32,824 bases of DNA from an uncultured Alphaproteobacteria bacterium (GCA_965651535.1 CBFGSX010000003.1:1-32824); one strand, 5' to 3'; shown: positions 11,909 to 23,123, numbered from the stretch's first letter. Notes: a model not told the origin generated them from the letters alone. Numbers and translations are program-made.

Positions 11909-12104
11909 CACAAACCTCGTTTTGATTTCATTTGCCGTGATTCTAACACCCTGGGATTCGCTTGTGAATCCCTTTTCAAAAATACATAATATGACGCGGG
12001 GGGGCAGGCAAGCCGCCTGCCGTTTCAGGGAGTGTGTTGACCTTTCAAGGCGTCTGTCCGATAAAAGGGCGGCACACCCACTTACATTTTATTCGAGGTT
12101 TCTC

Positions 12105-12602
12105 ATGTCACGCCGCGTTATCGCCTCCCTTGTTCTGACTCTTTTTCTTGCCGCTTGCGCCAACCAAGGCGGCGGCGGATACGGCTCGTCCGGCATGCCG
12201 CAGGCCAATAAACAAAATGTCGGCGGTCTGGCGGGCGCTGTTCTGGGCGGTCTGGCCGGCTCGACGATGGGCAAAGGAAAAGGCCAGCTCTGGACGACGG
12301 GTGCCGGTGTTCTTGTCGGAGCCCTTGTCGGCAGCGAAATCGGCAAATCGCTTGACCGCGCCGACCAAATGTATGCTCAACGCGCCTTCGGTCAGGCCAC
12401 GACCGCCCCGGTCGGCCAGCAAATCAGCTGGGCCAACCCGGAAAGCGGCAATAGCGGAACCTATACCCCGACACGCACGGGCCGCACCTCCGACGGGCGC
12501 ACCTGCCGCGAGTTCACCCAGACCATCGTGATCGACGGCCGCGCCGAAACGGGCGTCGGCACGGCTTGCCAGAATATGGACGGCACCTGGGCGATTAACT
12601 AA
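12105..12602 (+). CDS. 17-kDa surface antigen-type lipoprotein (glycine zipper + RT0821/Lpp0805-like domain)
   Basis: Lipobox LAAC, glycine zipper GGLAGAVLGGLAG, IGKSLDRAD, WANPESGNSG, CREFTQTI, GTACQNMDGTW. Confidence 0.9.
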   Translation: MSRRVIASLVLTLFLAACANQGGGGYGSSGMPQANKQNVGGLAGAVLGGLAGSTMGKGKGQLWTTGAGVLVGALVGSEIGKSLDRADQMYAQRAFGQATTAPVGQQISWANPESGNSGTYTPTRTGRTSDGRTCREFTQTIVIDGRAETGVGTACQNMDGTWAIN

Positions 12603-12610
12603 CGGAAATT

Positions 12611-12700
12611 CGTCATCCCGTTGCAAAACGGGATCCATTCATCCGCATGACAACCGTTTGTTTTTCGGCGCGATGGACCCCGGCTTTCGCCGGGGTGACG
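12611..12700. repeat. REP/RPE-like double-hairpin element (copy D)
   Basis: CGTCATCCCGTTGCAAAACGGGATCCA ... TGGACCCCGGCTTTCGCCGGGGTGACG. Confidence 0.85.
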
Positions 12701-12773
12701 CCGCTTTAATAGGCTTGATGAAACTGAAAATCCCGCTATCCTCGCTCCACAATACAATGTGGAGAATGTTAAA

Positions 12774-13616
12774 ATGAGCAGCAATCTGATGCAGGGGAAA
12801 CGCGGTTTAATTATGGGCGTAGCCAATAATATGTCCATCGCCTGGGGCATTGCCGAGGAACTGCACAAGGCCGGGGCCGAGATGGCCTTTACCTATCAGG
12901 GCGACATGCTGCTCAAGCGCGTGCAGCCTCTGGCCAACAGCATCGGCTCGGATTTCCTGCTGCCCTGCGACGTGACCGATCAAGCCTCGATCGACGCGGC
13001 CTTCGCCGAGGTTGAAAAGAAATGGGGCAAGATCGATTTCCTTGTCCATGCGATTGCGTTCTCCGACAAAAAGGAACTCGACGGCCGTTATGTCGACACG
13101 ACGCGCGAAAACTTCCTGCGCACGATGGACATCTCGGTGTTTTCCTTTACCGCCGTAGCGCAAAAAGCCGCGCATTTGATGAAAGACGGCGGCTCGATGG
13201 TGACGCTGACCTATTACGGCGCGGAACAGGTTATGCCGCATTACAACGTCATGGGCGTGGCCAAGGCGGCGCTGGAATGCTCGGTAAAATATCTGGCCGA
13301 GGATCTGGGGAAAAACGGTATTCGTGTCAACGCCATTTCGGCTGGCCCCATCAAGACATTAGCCGCAAGCGGCATCGGCGATTTCCGTTTCATCCTGAAA
13401 TGGAACGAGCTGAACGCGCCGCTGCGCCGTAACGTCACGCAAACCGAAGTCGGCAAGACGGGGCTTTATCTGTTATCCGATCTGGGTAGCGGCGTCACCG
13501 GCGAAAATCTGCACGTCGATGCGGGCTATCACATTATCGGCATGGCGGCGGTAGACAGCGCGGCTGAGACCGCCGAGCTGCTGGCGACGATGACTCAAAC
13601 CCACGACGCAGCCTGA
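12774..13616 (+). CDS. fabI: Enoyl-ACP reductase (NADH)
   Basis: GKRGLIMGVANNMSIAWGIA, YNVMGVAKAALE, NAISAGPIKTLAASGI. Confidence 0.96.
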   Translation: MSSNLMQGKRGLIMGVANNMSIAWGIAEELHKAGAEMAFTYQGDMLLKRVQPLANSIGSDFLLPCDVTDQASIDAAFAEVEKKWGKIDFLVHAIAFSDKKELDGRYVDTTRENFLRTMDISVFSFTAVAQKAAHLMKDGGSMVTLTYYGAEQVMPHYNVMGVAKAALECSVKYLAEDLGKNGIRVNAISAGPIKTLAASGIGDFRFILKWNELNAPLRRNVTQTEVGKTGLYLLSDLGSGVTGENLHVDAGYHIIGMAAVDSAAETAELLATMTQTHDAA

Positions 13617-13623
13617 TTACCTA

Positions 13624-16224
13624 TCAAGCAACTGCTTTTTTCTTTTTCGACCCGCCTGCGGTGAACTGGAAATCATCGTCGCGCATATCCACGACCACCG
13701 TATCGCCCGGCTTGACCTCGCCCGCCAGGAGTTTCTCGGCCAGCGGATTTTGCACATGGGTCTGGATGACGCGCTTGAGCGGTCTTGCGCCGTAAACCGG
13801 ATCATAGCCACGCGCGGCCAGCCCTTCTTGCGCCAGCGTCGTCACCTCGAGCGCGATATTCCGTTCGGCCAGCAATTTTTCCAGACGGCCCAACTGGATC
13901 GTGACGATATCCTTCATCTGGGCACGCGACAATTTTTGGAATAGCAGCACATCGTCGAGGCGGTTGAGAAATTCCGGGCGGAACGCCTTGCGCACCACCG
14001 ACATGACATCGTCACGGGCCTTTTCCACCGGCTCCTCGTCAGACAATTTGACCAGATGCTCCGCGCCCAGATTGGACGTCAAAATAATCATCGTGTTGCG
14101 GAAATCGACCGTGCGCCCCTGCCCATCCGTCAGGCGGCCGTCATCCAGAACCTGAAGCAGTGTATTGAACACATCCGGATGCGCCTTTTCGACCTCGTCG
14201 AACAAAATGACCTGATACGGACGACGGCGTACGGCTTCGGTCAGCGTGCCGCCTTCTTCATAGCCGACATAGCCCGGCGGCGCGCCGATCAGCCGCGCGA
14301 CGGAATGTTTTTCCATGAATTCCGACATATCGATGCGCACCATGGCGGTTTCGTCGTCGAATAAAAACGACGCCAAAGCCTTGGCGAGTTCCGTTTTCCC
14401 GACGCCCGTGGGGCCAAGGAACAAAAACGATCCGATGGGACGGTTGGGGTCTTGCAATCCGGCGCGGGCGCGGCGCACCGCGCTGGAGACGGCGGCGATT
14501 GCTTCGCGCTGGCCGATAACGCGCTTGCCCAATTCATCTTCCATGCGCAGCAATTTGTCGCGCTCGCCCTCGAGCATCTTGTCCACCGGAATCCCCGTCC
14601 AGCGCGACACCACGCTCGCGATATCGTCGGCGGTGACTTCCTGACTGACCATGCGGCGATCCTTGTCGCCCGTTTCAGCGGCGACTTTTTTCTCCAGCTC
14701 GGGGATCGTGCCGTATTTCAGTTCGCCCGCGCGCGCCCAGTTGCCTTCGCGTTCCGCGCGTTCCAACTCGAGCCGCGCCAACTCCAGCTCTTCCTTGATT
14801 TTCTGGCCGGATTGGATCTGTTCCTTTTCCGCCTGCCATTGCGCGGTGAGCGCGGCGGATTCGCCTTCGAGCTTTTCAAGCTCCGCGCCCAGTTTTTTCA
14901 AACGCTCCTGCGAGGCGTGATCCGTTTCCTTTTTCAGCGCTTCCTGTTCGATCTTGAGTTGCACGATGCGGCGATCGAGCTCGTCGATGGCCTCGGGCTT
15001 GGAATCCGCCACCATGCGCAATCTTGATGCCGCCTCGTCGATCAGGTCGATGGCCTTGTCCGGCAGGAAACGGTCGGTGATGTAGCGGTGCGATAATTGC
15101 GCCGCGGCGACAATCGCGCCGTCGGTGATGCGTACGCCGTGATGCAGATCGTATTTTTCCTTGATGCCGCGCAGGATCGAGATCGTGTCCTCGACATTCG
15201 GCTCGGTGACGAAGATCGGCTGGAAGCGGCGCGTAAAGGCGGCGTCTTTTTCGACGTGCTGGCGGTATTCGTCCAAAGTCGTCGCGCCGACCATGCGCAA
15301 TTCGCCGCGCGCCAAAGCGGGCTTGAGCATATTCGACGCATCCATCGCGCCGTCGCCTTTGCCCGCGCCCATCAGCGTGTGCATCTCGTCGATGAAAATC
15401 ACCAGCTCGCCCGAGGACTGTTTGATCTCGTTCAAGACGGCTTTCAGACGCTCCTCGAATTCGCCGCGGAACTTCGCGCCCGCCACCAGCGCGCCCAGAT
15501 CGAGCGACATCACGCGCTTGCCCTTCAGGCTTTCGGGCACGTCACCCTTGATGATGCGCTGGGCAAGACCTTCGATGATGGCGGTTTTACCCACCCCCGG
15601 CTCGCCGATCAGCACGGGATTGTTTTTCGTGCGCCGTGACAGGATTTGAACCGTGCGGCGAATCTCCTCGTCACGGCCGATCACCGGATCGAGCTTTCCC
15701 TGCATCGCCAGCGCCGTCAGGTCGGTGGCGTATTTCTTGAGCGCGTCGAAATTGTCTTCGGCGTTGGGGTTGTCGGCGGTGCGGCCTTTGCGCTGGGCGT
15801 TGATCGCCTGATTCAATTTCAATTCGTTCACGCCCGCGTCTTTCAGCATCCGCGAGATGGCGTAATCCTCGAGGCTCATCGCCTGCAACACGCGCTCGGC
15901 GGTGATAAAGGCGTCGCCCGCTTTCTTGGCCAGTTCGCCCGCGCGGTCGAAAATCTTGACGGTGTCGGTATGAAGATAAAGCTGCGCTGCGCCACCGCCC
16001 GAAACCTGCGGCAAGGCGGCAAGATTTTTTTCGACCGCCTCAAGCAGCTTTTTCGGATTGCCGCCCGCGCTGTTGAGCAGATCGGACAGGCGTCTGTCCT
16101 CGTCCTCGAGAAAGACCTTGAGCAAATGGTCGGGGGTCAGCTGCTGATGATTGTTTCGCAGCGCCAATGTCTGCGCCTGCTGCAAGAAAGAACGGGTTTT
16201 TTCCGTCAGACGGTCGAAGTCCAT
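13624..16224 (-). CDS. clpB: ATP-dependent chaperone ClpB
   Basis: Two AAA+ modules ([16 protein letters not shown]), coiled-coil M-domain, [10 protein letters not shown]. Confidence 0.98.
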   Translation of the reverse strand: MDFDRLTEKTRSFLQQAQTLALRNNHQQLTPDHLLKVFLEDEDRRLSDLLNSAGGNPKKLLEAVEKNLAALPQVSGGGAAQLYLHTDTVKIFDRAGELAKKAGDAFITAERVLQAMSLEDYAISRMLKDAGVNELKLNQAINAQRKGRTADNPNAEDNFDALKKYATDLTALAMQGKLDPVIGRDEEIRRTVQILSRRTKNNPVLIGEPGVGKTAIIEGLAQRIIKGDVPESLKGKRVMSLDLGALVAGAKFRGEFEERLKAVLNEIKQSSGELVIFIDEMHTLMGAGKGDGAMDASNMLKPALARGELRMVGATTLDEYRQHVEKDAAFTRRFQPIFVTEPNVEDTISILRGIKEKYDLHHGVRITDGAIVAAAQLSHRYITDRFLPDKAIDLIDEAASRLRMVADSKPEAIDELDRRIVQLKIEQEALKKETDHASQERLKKLGAELEKLEGESAALTAQWQAEKEQIQSGQKIKEELELARLELERAEREGNWARAGELKYGTIPELEKKVAAETGDKDRRMVSQEVTADDIASVVSRWTGIPVDKMLEGERDKLLRMEDELGKRVIGQREAIAAVSSAVRRARAGLQDPNRPIGSFLFLGPTGVGKTELAKALASFLFDDETAMVRIDMSEFMEKHSVARLIGAPPGYVGYEEGGTLTEAVRRRPYQVILFDEVEKAHPDVFNTLLQVLDDGRLTDGQGRTVDFRNTMIILTSNLGAEHLVKLSDEEPVEKARDDVMSVVRKAFRPEFLNRLDDVLLFQKLSRAQMKDIVTIQLGRLEKLLAERNIALEVTTLAQEGLAARGYDPVYGARPLKRVIQTHVQNPLAEKLLAGEVKPGDTVVVDMRDDDFQFTAGGSKKKKAVA

Positions 16225-16278
16225 GGGGAAGCCTCTTATGCGATTTTGAGCCCGAAACGGCGCTCAAGACAAGACTTG

Positions 16279-16306
16279 ATATAGCCCTGAAAACAGGCAC
16301 TGCAAG
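16279..16306 (-). promoter_or_regulatory. RpoH/sigma70-type promoter for clpB
   Basis: Minus strand CTTG-N17-GCTATAT, resembling the alphaproteobacterial heat-shock promoter pattern. Confidence 0.5.
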
Positions 16307-16348
16307 CCGTATTATATAGCACAAAAACCTAAGAATAGGCGAAGAAGC

Positions 16349-16888
16349 CTATTCCGAAGCGGGATCTTTGGACTTGCCCCCTGCCGAAGCCACCCGGCGA
16401 GGCTGGCGGGTCTTAAGCGGGGCGCCCGGTTCCGGCGCGCCGGAAGCAATCGGCACCTGCACGAAACCCGGCAGAGACGAAGCATTGTCTGTCGCTGCTT
16501 CCGGGCCGGGTGCATCCGCCGCTCCGGGTGCGGGCTCGGCCGCCTGTTGCGCGGCGCGCTGCGCTTCGCGCTCGCGTTCAAACGTGGCATTTTCTTCGGT
16601 GATTTCGTTCAAAAGCCGCTGGTAATGCTCGGCGTGCTGGAAGTAATTCTGCATCAGGACTTTGTCGCCCGAGGCCTGCGCGTCGCGCGCCAGCGAGTTG
16701 AATTTCTCGACAATCTGCGCCGCCGTGCCGCGCACACGCCCATCGGGGCCGTTACTATCGAAAACCTGATTGACGCGGTTGACGTGACGGCGCTGGCCGC
16801 CCTGTTGCTGGTTGCCGCCCTGATTGTTGCGATGGCGGTTATGGTGGTGGCGGCGGCCGCCGTTATTGTTATGACGCATGAAAGCCAT
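16349..16888 (-). CDS. DUF4167 domain protein
   Basis: FDSNGPDGRVRGTAAQIVEKF..LARDA..GD..QNYFQHAEHYQR. Usual position between prmC and clpB. Confidence 0.92.
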   Translation of the reverse strand: MAFMRHNNNGGRRHHHNRHRNNQGGNQQQGGQRRHVNRVNQVFDSNGPDGRVRGTAAQIVEKFNSLARDAQASGDKVLMQNYFQHAEHYQRLLNEITEENATFEREREAQRAAQQAAEPAPGAADAPGPEAATDNASSLPGFVQVPIASGAPEPGAPLKTRQPRRVASAGGKSKDPASE

Positions 16889-17006
16889 GAAAAGCGCTTA
16901 TCCTTTGTATGTGCTGTTTTTGTTTTTCGTTTTCCGAAAAGTGAAGGGCCTCAATCTATTGTGGGCCATCCGATTATGACCCCTATTCTAGCACGATTCC
17001 AAGCGA

Positions 17007-17882
17007 TTACAACCGAAAACCCGTCACAATCCGGTTAATTCCGGCCAGATCGCGGTGGCGCTCAACCCTTTCGAACCCGCTTTTTTTCAGCATTTCCATG
17101 ACAGCCTCAGCCTGATCGCACCCGACTTCAAAGGCAATCAGCCCGCCCGGCTTCAGAGGCGCAGCCACGCCCGCCAGAATCGCCCGGTAGGCGTCGAGAC
17201 CGTCCGCCCCGCCATTCAAAGCGCTGTGCGGCTCGAAGTCGCGCACATCCCTGTCCAGCAAATCCATCTTGTCCGACGGAATATAAGGTGGGTTGGAAAC
17301 AACCACATCAAATTCACCCGTCACGTTTTCAAACCAACTTCCCCGCACGAAAGAAACACGGCTTTCAACGCCGAGATTTTCTGCGTTACGCCGCGCAACT
17401 TCCAAAGCCTTTTCGGAAAGATCGACCGCCACGCCCGAAGCGTCCTTTATCTCGCACAAAAGCGTCAGCAAAAGACATCCCGTCCCGGTGCCAAGATCGA
17501 GTATCTTTAAACTGCCGATCCTCGGGCTTGTCCCGGGGACCCATGTCTCTTGGGCCTCCGGACCAAGTCCGAAGGCCATGATTTTATTTTTTACAACCTC
17601 GATCAGGGTTTCGCTGTCGGGACGCGGATCGAGCGTATCTTCCGTGGTGATGAAATCCCGACCGTAAAATTCTCTTTTGCCGATGATCTTGGCAACGGGA
17701 CACCCCTTTTCGCGCTGCGCGATCAGCGTCTCGACCGCCGCGATTTCATCGTCGCTCAAGGCACGGTCTTTTTGCACCAGAAATTCCTCCTGCGACAATT
17801 TCAACGCATGGCACAGCAAAAGCCGCGCATCCAAAGCATCAACGCGCTTTTTCAGATTTTGATAGAAATCTCCAAGGATCAT
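17007..17882 (-). CDS. prmC: Release factor glutamine methyltransferase PrmC/HemK
   Basis: [40 protein letters not shown]. Coupled to prfA. Confidence 0.96.
   Translation of the reverse strand: MILGDFYQNLKKRVDALDARLLLCHALKLSQEEFLVQKDRALSDDEIAAVETLIAQREKGCPVAKIIGKREFYGRDFITTEDTLDPRPDSETLIEVVKNKIMAFGLGPEAQETWVPGTSPRIGSLKILDLGTGTGCLLLTLLCEIKDASGVAVDLSEKALEVARRNAENLGVESRVSFVRGSWFENVTGEFDVVVSNPPYIPSDKMDLLDRDVRDFEPHSALNGGADGLDAYRAILAGVAAPLKPGGLIAFEVGCDQAEAVMEMLKKSGFERVERHRDLAGINRIVTGFRL
17517..17581. repeat. Palindromic element inserted in-frame within prmC
   Basis: GATCCTCGGGCTTGTCCCGGGGACCCA-TGTCTCT-TGGGCCTCCGGACCAAGTCCGAAGGCCATGA has the same architecture as intergenic copy 2228-2301. Confidence 0.75.
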
Positions 17883-18949
17883 ATTTCCGACAATCGTGCC
17901 AGTTGGTCTTCAGCAATCAGCGGCTCGATGATCTTGTCCAGCGCGCTGCCCGCCAAGATCATATCCAGGTCGTGCAGCGTCAGAGAAATGCGGTGATCGG
18001 TCACGCGATCCTGCGGGAAATTATAAGTGCGGATACGTTCCGAGCGGTCGCCCGTGCCGATCTGGCTGTTGCGCGCCGCCGAGCGTTCGGCGGCAAGTTT
18101 CTGACGCTCGGCCTCGTATAAACGTGCGCGCAGGATCCGCAACGCTTTCGCCTTGTTTTTAAGTTGGGATTTTTCATCCTGCTGCGAAACCACGACACCC
18201 GTTGGAATATGCGTGATACGCACGGCGCTGTCGGTCGTGTTGACCGATTGCCCACCCGGCCCGCTCGAGCGATACACGTCGATACGCAGATCGCTGTCCT
18301 TGATCTCGATATCCACCTCCTCGGCTTCGGGCAGCACGGCAACGGTCGCCGTAGAGGTGTGGATGCGCCCTTGCGTTTCCGTTTTCGGCACGCGCTGCAC
18401 GCGATGCACACCGCTCTCGAATTTCAAGCGGCCGAACACGTCCGTCCCGGTGATCGTAGCGGTCGCATCGCGATAGCCGCCCAGATCGTTTTCGGAAACT
18501 TCCATTACTTCGAAACGCCAGCCGCGCAACGCAGCATAACGCTGATACATACCAAATAAATCGGCAGCAAAAAGCGCCGCCTCGTCGCCGCCGGTTCCGG
18601 CACGGATTTCCAAGATGGCATTTTTTGCGTCGGCTTCATCCTTGGGGATCAGCGCCATCTGGATATCCTTTTCCAGATCGGGGATTTGTTGCGCGAGCGC
18701 GTATCTTTCCTCTTCGGCCATAGTCCGCGTTTCGGCATCAAGCGTTTTATCCGCCAGCAATTCCTCCGCGCCCGCGATATCGCGCGTGATCTTTTGCAGC
18801 CGCTCGACTTTCTCGATAATCGGCGTCAGATCGGAATATTCCTTGGCGTATTCCGCCATTTTTTTGGGCGTCAGATCGGGGCTTTGGAGATCGTTCCCCA
18901 AAGTGACGTAGCGCTGGCGTAAAGATTCAAGCTTGTCTTTCATATCCAT
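17879..18949 (-). CDS. prfA: Peptide chain release factor 1
   Basis: [13 protein letters not shown] (PxT motif), [22 protein letters not shown]. Confidence 0.98.
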   Translation of the reverse strand: MDMKDKLESLRQRYVTLGNDLQSPDLTPKKMAEYAKEYSDLTPIIEKVERLQKITRDIAGAEELLADKTLDAETRTMAEEERYALAQQIPDLEKDIQMALIPKDEADAKNAILEIRAGTGGDEAALFAADLFGMYQRYAALRGWRFEVMEVSENDLGGYRDATATITGTDVFGRLKFESGVHRVQRVPKTETQGRIHTSTATVAVLPEAEEVDIEIKDSDLRIDVYRSSGPGGQSVNTTDSAVRITHIPTGVVVSQQDEKSQLKNKAKALRILRARLYEAERQKLAAERSAARNSQIGTGDRSERIRTYNFPQDRVTDHRISLTLHDLDMILAGSALDKIIEPLIAEDQLARLSEI

Positions 18950-18961
18950 TTTAAAAAATAA

Positions 18962-19034
18962 TGTCCTTCCGGGGCCTGACTGAGGAATCTCATCAATAAA
19001 AAAGGAGATTCCCAGACTTTACCTCGGAATGACA
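18962..19034. repeat. Degenerate REP/RPE-like element
   Basis: TGTCCTTCCG...GGAATCTC ... GAGATTCC...CGGAATGACA, with inverted termini and an internal inverted pair. Confidence 0.6.
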
Positions 19035-19044
19035 GATTGTAATG

Positions 19045-20052
19045 CTAACGTGAACCGAGTTTATCCGCATCCAGCGCGACGTTGCGTTTTACCTCGTTAT
19101 TGCGACCCAGAGGCGGCAACGCTTTGCCGTCGAGGATCAGGCGCAAGCCGCCGGCATTGCCGGTGGTCAGCGTGACACCGTCCTGATCGGGAATGGGCAG
19201 CATCTGCCCCTCTTTCAGAATATTGGTGAACAGCACGATGCCGTTTCCGTCCTTGATCTCGACCCACGAGGATTGCAACGCCTCAAGCACCAGACGCGTC
19301 TCGACCGGTGGCACTACTGGATCGGCGGCAGGCGCTTCTTCGGATGGCAGGGTCGGCGTGGCTGTCACCTCGGGCAGGGCGGGAGCTGCCTCGGAAGCAA
19401 CCGGCGCTTGCACCACAGGGGACGAGATCTCCGGCTCGGGCGGTGCGCCCTCGAAGATCGGGGCTTCTTCCTTGACGGGCGCAGGCGGCTCGATGGTCGG
19501 CGGCGCGACCTCCTCTACAGGCTCGGGAATATCGGCGATCACCTGCTCGACGGCAGCAACCGAAACGGGATCGGGCACGCCCGGAACGGCGGCACCCTTG
19601 TCGCGCGTGGCGAAAACGATGGCGGCAATCATGATGACCAATGCCGCCAGCGCACCGAGAATGGCGGATTTTCCGGGGACGATGCTATGGGCGATCGGCT
19701 CGGGCATAACCAGATCGACCTGATAGCTGCCGCGGGCACCATAGGCTTCGCGTTTAAATTGCTCAACGGCTTGCGGGCCGTCCATACCGAGGTAATTGGC
19801 GTAGTTGCGGACAAAGCCTGTGGCATAGACGCGTTCGGGAAGATCCTTGAACGAACCGCCCTCGAGCGCCTCGAGGTAAAAGCGGCGGATCATCAACTCG
19901 TTGGCAACCATTTCAAGATCCAGACCGCGCTGCTGGCGCGCCTCGCGCAGGGTCTCGCCGATATGAAAGCCCGTACCCGACCGCACCTCCTCGGCCGGTT
20001 CCTTGGGTTTAACAACACGGACGGCAGCGGCTTGGGGTTTCAATGAGGCCAT
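19045..20052 (-). CDS. RodZ-like protein (HTH + TM + DUF4115)
   Basis: GETLREAR..YLEALE..YATGFVRNYANYLG, single TM, Pro/Ala/Glu linker, SWVEIKD..TTGNAGGL. Confidence 0.88.
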   Translation of the reverse strand: MASLKPQAAAVRVVKPKEPAEEVRSGTGFHIGETLREARQQRGLDLEMVANELMIRRFYLEALEGGSFKDLPERVYATGFVRNYANYLGMDGPQAVEQFKREAYGARGSYQVDLVMPEPIAHSIVPGKSAILGALAALVIMIAAIVFATRDKGAAVPGVPDPVSVAAVEQVIADIPEPVEEVAPPTIEPPAPVKEEAPIFEGAPPEPEISSPVVQAPVASEAAPALPEVTATPTLPSEEAPAADPVVPPVETRLVLEALQSSWVEIKDGNGIVLFTNILKEGQMLPIPDQDGVTLTTGNAGGLRLILDGKALPPLGRNNEVKRNVALDADKLGSR

Positions 20053-20131
20053 GGACGAATCGCTTGGGTTTTGTCGTTGGGGGGTGACGGTCTTTATATC
20101 CTAGGTTATACCAGTCTGAGCGCAAAACTCA

Positions 20132-20857
20132 ATGTCACAGCCCGAACACCCCGTTTTCACTCCCGATGCCGAAATCGCCCGATTTGACGGCCTGGCCGCC
20201 GATTGGTGGGACGAAACCGGCCCGATGGCCCCGCTGCATCGAATGAATCCCGTTAGGTTAACTTATATAAAAGAAAGACTTAATAATCATTTTGGCCGTC
20301 TCGACGGGTTGAAAATTCTCGATATCGGCTGCGGCGGCGGGCTGGTCACCGAGCCTCTGGCGCGGCTGGGTGCAAACGTCACGGGAATTGACGGCGCAGG
20401 CGATCTCATCCGCGTGGCCCGCGACCACGCCGCCGCGCAGGGACTCGGAATGGACTATGTGCATGGGCTGACCGGCGATCTGGTCAAAAAGAAAAAAACC
20501 TATGATGCGGTGCTGGCGCTCGAGGTCATCGAGCATGTCGACGACGCCGAGGCTTTCGTTTCCGACATTGCCAAACTTTTGAAACCCGGCGGGCTGGCGG
20601 TTTTTTCGACGCTCAACCGCACGGCCTCGTCTTTTGCCTTGGGCATCGTCGCGGCGGAATATGTGCTGCGCTGGCTGCCTGCCGGAACGCATGACTGGCG
20701 CAAATTCGTCAAACCTTCCGAACTTCATGCGCTGTGCGTCGCGCAAGGCCTGTCGCCGCAGCATACAACGGGCATGACCTATTCGCCCGTCACCAAGGAA
20801 TTCCGCCTCGATGCGCGCAACTTGTCAGTCAATTATTTTCTTACGGCGGTAAAATGA
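20132..20857 (+). CDS. ubiG: Ubiquinone biosynthesis O-methyltransferase
   Basis: WWDETGPMAPLHRMNPVRL, LDIGCGGGL, LEVIEHV, AEYVLRWLPAGTHDW. Confidence 0.96.
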   Translation: MSQPEHPVFTPDAEIARFDGLAADWWDETGPMAPLHRMNPVRLTYIKERLNNHFGRLDGLKILDIGCGGGLVTEPLARLGANVTGIDGAGDLIRVARDHAAAQGLGMDYVHGLTGDLVKKKKTYDAVLALEVIEHVDDAEAFVSDIAKLLKPGGLAVFSTLNRTASSFALGIVAAEYVLRWLPAGTHDWRKFVKPSELHALCVAQGLSPQHTTGMTYSPVTKEFRLDARNLSVNYFLTAVK

Positions 20858-21996
20858 AACAGCGCATCGCCCTCATCGGCACGGGATTGTCGGGCCTGAC
20901 GATGGCGGCGGCCTTGGCGCATCACGGTTTCGACATCGCGCTTGTCGGCCCCGATCTGGCGGCATCGTCGGATGCGCGCAGCACAGCCATTCTCGCGCCG
21001 AATGTCGACTTTCTGGAATCCATCGGGTTGCGGCTTTTCGACGCCGCCACGCCGTTGCGGCGCATGGAACTGATCGACGGCGGCGAGATTTTTTCCTTCG
21101 ACTGTTCCGAAATGGATCTGCCGGAATTCGGCTTTAATGTCGCCAATGACACGCTCAAGGCTTCTCTGCTGAAAGCCGTCCTGAAAAACCGCCGCATCGC
21201 GTGGCGCAAGACATCGTTGCAATCCGCAAAACGCACACCGGACGGTTGGACGCTGAAACTGGCGGATAAAACCATTCTCGACACACAGCTTCTAATCGGC
21301 GCGGACGGGCGGCACTCTGCCGTGCGCGCGGCCTCCGCCATCGCCTGCGACACCCAAGACCGCAATCAGGCTGCCCTTGTCGTGACGCTCAAGGCCGAAA
21401 AGCCGCATCGCAATGTCACGGTCGAACGCTATCGCTCCGGTGGACCTTTTACACTGGTGCCGCATACGCAAAACCGTCTGGCGCTGGTCTGGTGCGATGA
21501 CACCGACCTTCTTGCCGAAAAAATTAAACTCCCACCAAAAGCACTTGCCGCCGAGATCACGGCAATATCGGAAAACCGTTTCGGCACGCTCCATTGCGAG
21601 GGCGCGGCGCAGCTCTGGCCGCTCCGCCCCATGAAAGCGGAAAAACTGGTCGCGCCGCACACGGCGCTGATCGGCGAGGCCGCGCACGTCCTGCCGCCCA
21701 TCGGCGCACAGGGCTTCAATGCCGGCCTGTCGGACATCGCCGCGCTGACGCGCGCCCTGAGCAAAGGCCGATCGCTCGGCCTGCCGGTTCACGATTTTGC
21801 GCTGCTTGAGGAATATGAACGCGCCAGACGCGCCGACATCGCCGCGCGCTATCACGGCATCACGAGACTCAACGACCTGATCCGCGCTGAAAGCTCTGCC
21901 GCGCAAAAAATTCGTCGGCTGGCGCTGCGCGGCGCGACAAAGATCGCGCCCGTCAAGAAAATCCTGATGCGTCTCGGCATGGGAGAAGCCGCATGA
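20854..21996 (+). CDS. UbiH/UbiL-family FAD-dependent hydroxylase
   Basis: Start MKQRIALIGTGLSG with ATGA overlap on the ubiG stop; GADGRHSAVR; GEAAHVLPPIGAQGFN. Confidence 0.88.
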   Translation: MKQRIALIGTGLSGLTMAAALAHHGFDIALVGPDLAASSDARSTAILAPNVDFLESIGLRLFDAATPLRRMELIDGGEIFSFDCSEMDLPEFGFNVANDTLKASLLKAVLKNRRIAWRKTSLQSAKRTPDGWTLKLADKTILDTQLLIGADGRHSAVRAASAIACDTQDRNQAALVVTLKAEKPHRNVTVERYRSGGPFTLVPHTQNRLALVWCDDTDLLAEKIKLPPKALAAEITAISENRFGTLHCEGAAQLWPLRPMKAEKLVAPHTALIGEAAHVLPPIGAQGFNAGLSDIAALTRALSKGRSLGLPVHDFALLEEYERARRADIAARYHGITRLNDLIRAESSAAQKIRRLALRGATKIAPVKKILMRLGMGEAA

Positions 21997-23123
21997 GCCT
22001 GCTTGACCATTACGAAGAGCCGAAGCTGCTCCAGAAACTCGCCCTGATGAACTGGGGGCTGGTGTTCCTGCTCTGCCTGATCGGCGGGATCGGCTTTACC
22101 GCGCTGTATTCCGCCGCCGGCGGCGTCCAGCCTTACGCCGACAAGCATGCCATCCGTTTCGCCGTGGGATTGACGGGATTGTTCGTCACCGCCCTGATCT
22201 CGATCCGCTTCTGGCGTTTCGTGGCATGGCCGTTTTACGCGCTTGGCGTCATTCTGCTGATCATCGTCGACATCAAGGGCCATGTGGGCATGGGCGCGCA
22301 ACGCTGGATCGATCTGGGCATTATCAAACTCCAACCCTCCGAACTGATGAAACCGGCGCTGGTGCTGGCACTGGCGGCGTATTTCGAAAAAAAGGACGTT
22401 ATGACCGTCAGCCGCTTCTCGACGGTGCTGCCCGCGCTTTTCATCATCGGCGTGCCGGTGGGCGTCGTCGTGATCCAGCCCGATCTGGGTACGGGCATCA
22501 TGCTGCTGATCTCGGGCGCAACCATGCTGTTCATCGCCGGCGTGTCGTGGTGGTATTTCATCGTCGGCGGTATCACCGCCGCCAGCGCCGTGCCAATCGC
22601 GTGGCATTTCCTGCACGAATACCAGCGCAACCGCGTGCGTATTTTCCTCGACCCTTCGCAGGATCCGTTGGGCACGGGCTATCATATCACGCAATCGAAA
22701 ATCGCCATGGGCTCGGGCGGCGTCACCGGCAAGGGCTTCCTCGAGGGCACGCAATCCAAGCTCAACTTCCTGCCCGAGAAACAGACGGATTTCATCTTCA
22801 CGCTCTGGGCCGAGGAATGGGGGATGCTCGGCGGGCTGTTCCTGATCGCGCTGTTCCTCCTGACTTTCGCCTACGGGATGCTGATCGCGTTCAACTGCCG
22901 CCAGAATTTCGCGCGCCTAGTGGCGATGGGACTGACGGTCAATATTTCTTTGTATGTCTTTATCAATACCAACATGGTGATGGGGCTTTTGCCCGTCGTC
23001 GGCATTCCGATGCCGCTGGTATCGCATGGCGGCACGGCGATGCTGTCGGTCTTGTTCGCGTATGGGTTGATTTTATCGGCGTCAATCCACCGCGACGTTA
23101 AAATGCGACAGAATTATTTATAA
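21993..23123 (+). CDS. rodA: Rod shape-determining SEDS glycosyltransferase RodA
   Basis: MGAQRWIDLG, QPSELMK, QPDLGT, GTQSKLNFLPEKQTDFIF, PVVGIPMPLVSHGG. Confidence 0.95.
   Translation: MSLLDHYEEPKLLQKLALMNWGLVFLLCLIGGIGFTALYSAAGGVQPYADKHAIRFAVGLTGLFVTALISIRFWRFVAWPFYALGVILLIIVDIKGHVGMGAQRWIDLGIIKLQPSELMKPALVLALAAYFEKKDVMTVSRFSTVLPALFIIGVPVGVVVIQPDLGTGIMLLISGATMLFIAGVSWWYFIVGGITAASAVPIAWHFLHEYQRNRVRIFLDPSQDPLGTGYHITQSKIAMGSGGVTGKGFLEGTQSKLNFLPEKQTDFIFTLWAEEWGMLGGLFLIALFLLTFAYGMLIAFNCRQNFARLVAMGLTVNISLYVFINTNMVMGLLPVVGIPMPLVSHGGTAMLSVLFAYGLILSASIHRDVKMRQNYL

Noticed and set aside
16246-16267. Hairpin in the clpB leader as CIRCE or an RNA thermometer
   Set aside because: Does not match TTAGCACTC-N9-GAGTGCTAA and does not clearly sequester the RBS.
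16790-16880. Short triplet repeats
   Set aside because: They encode the low-complexity N/H/R/Q N-terminus normal for DUF4167 proteins.
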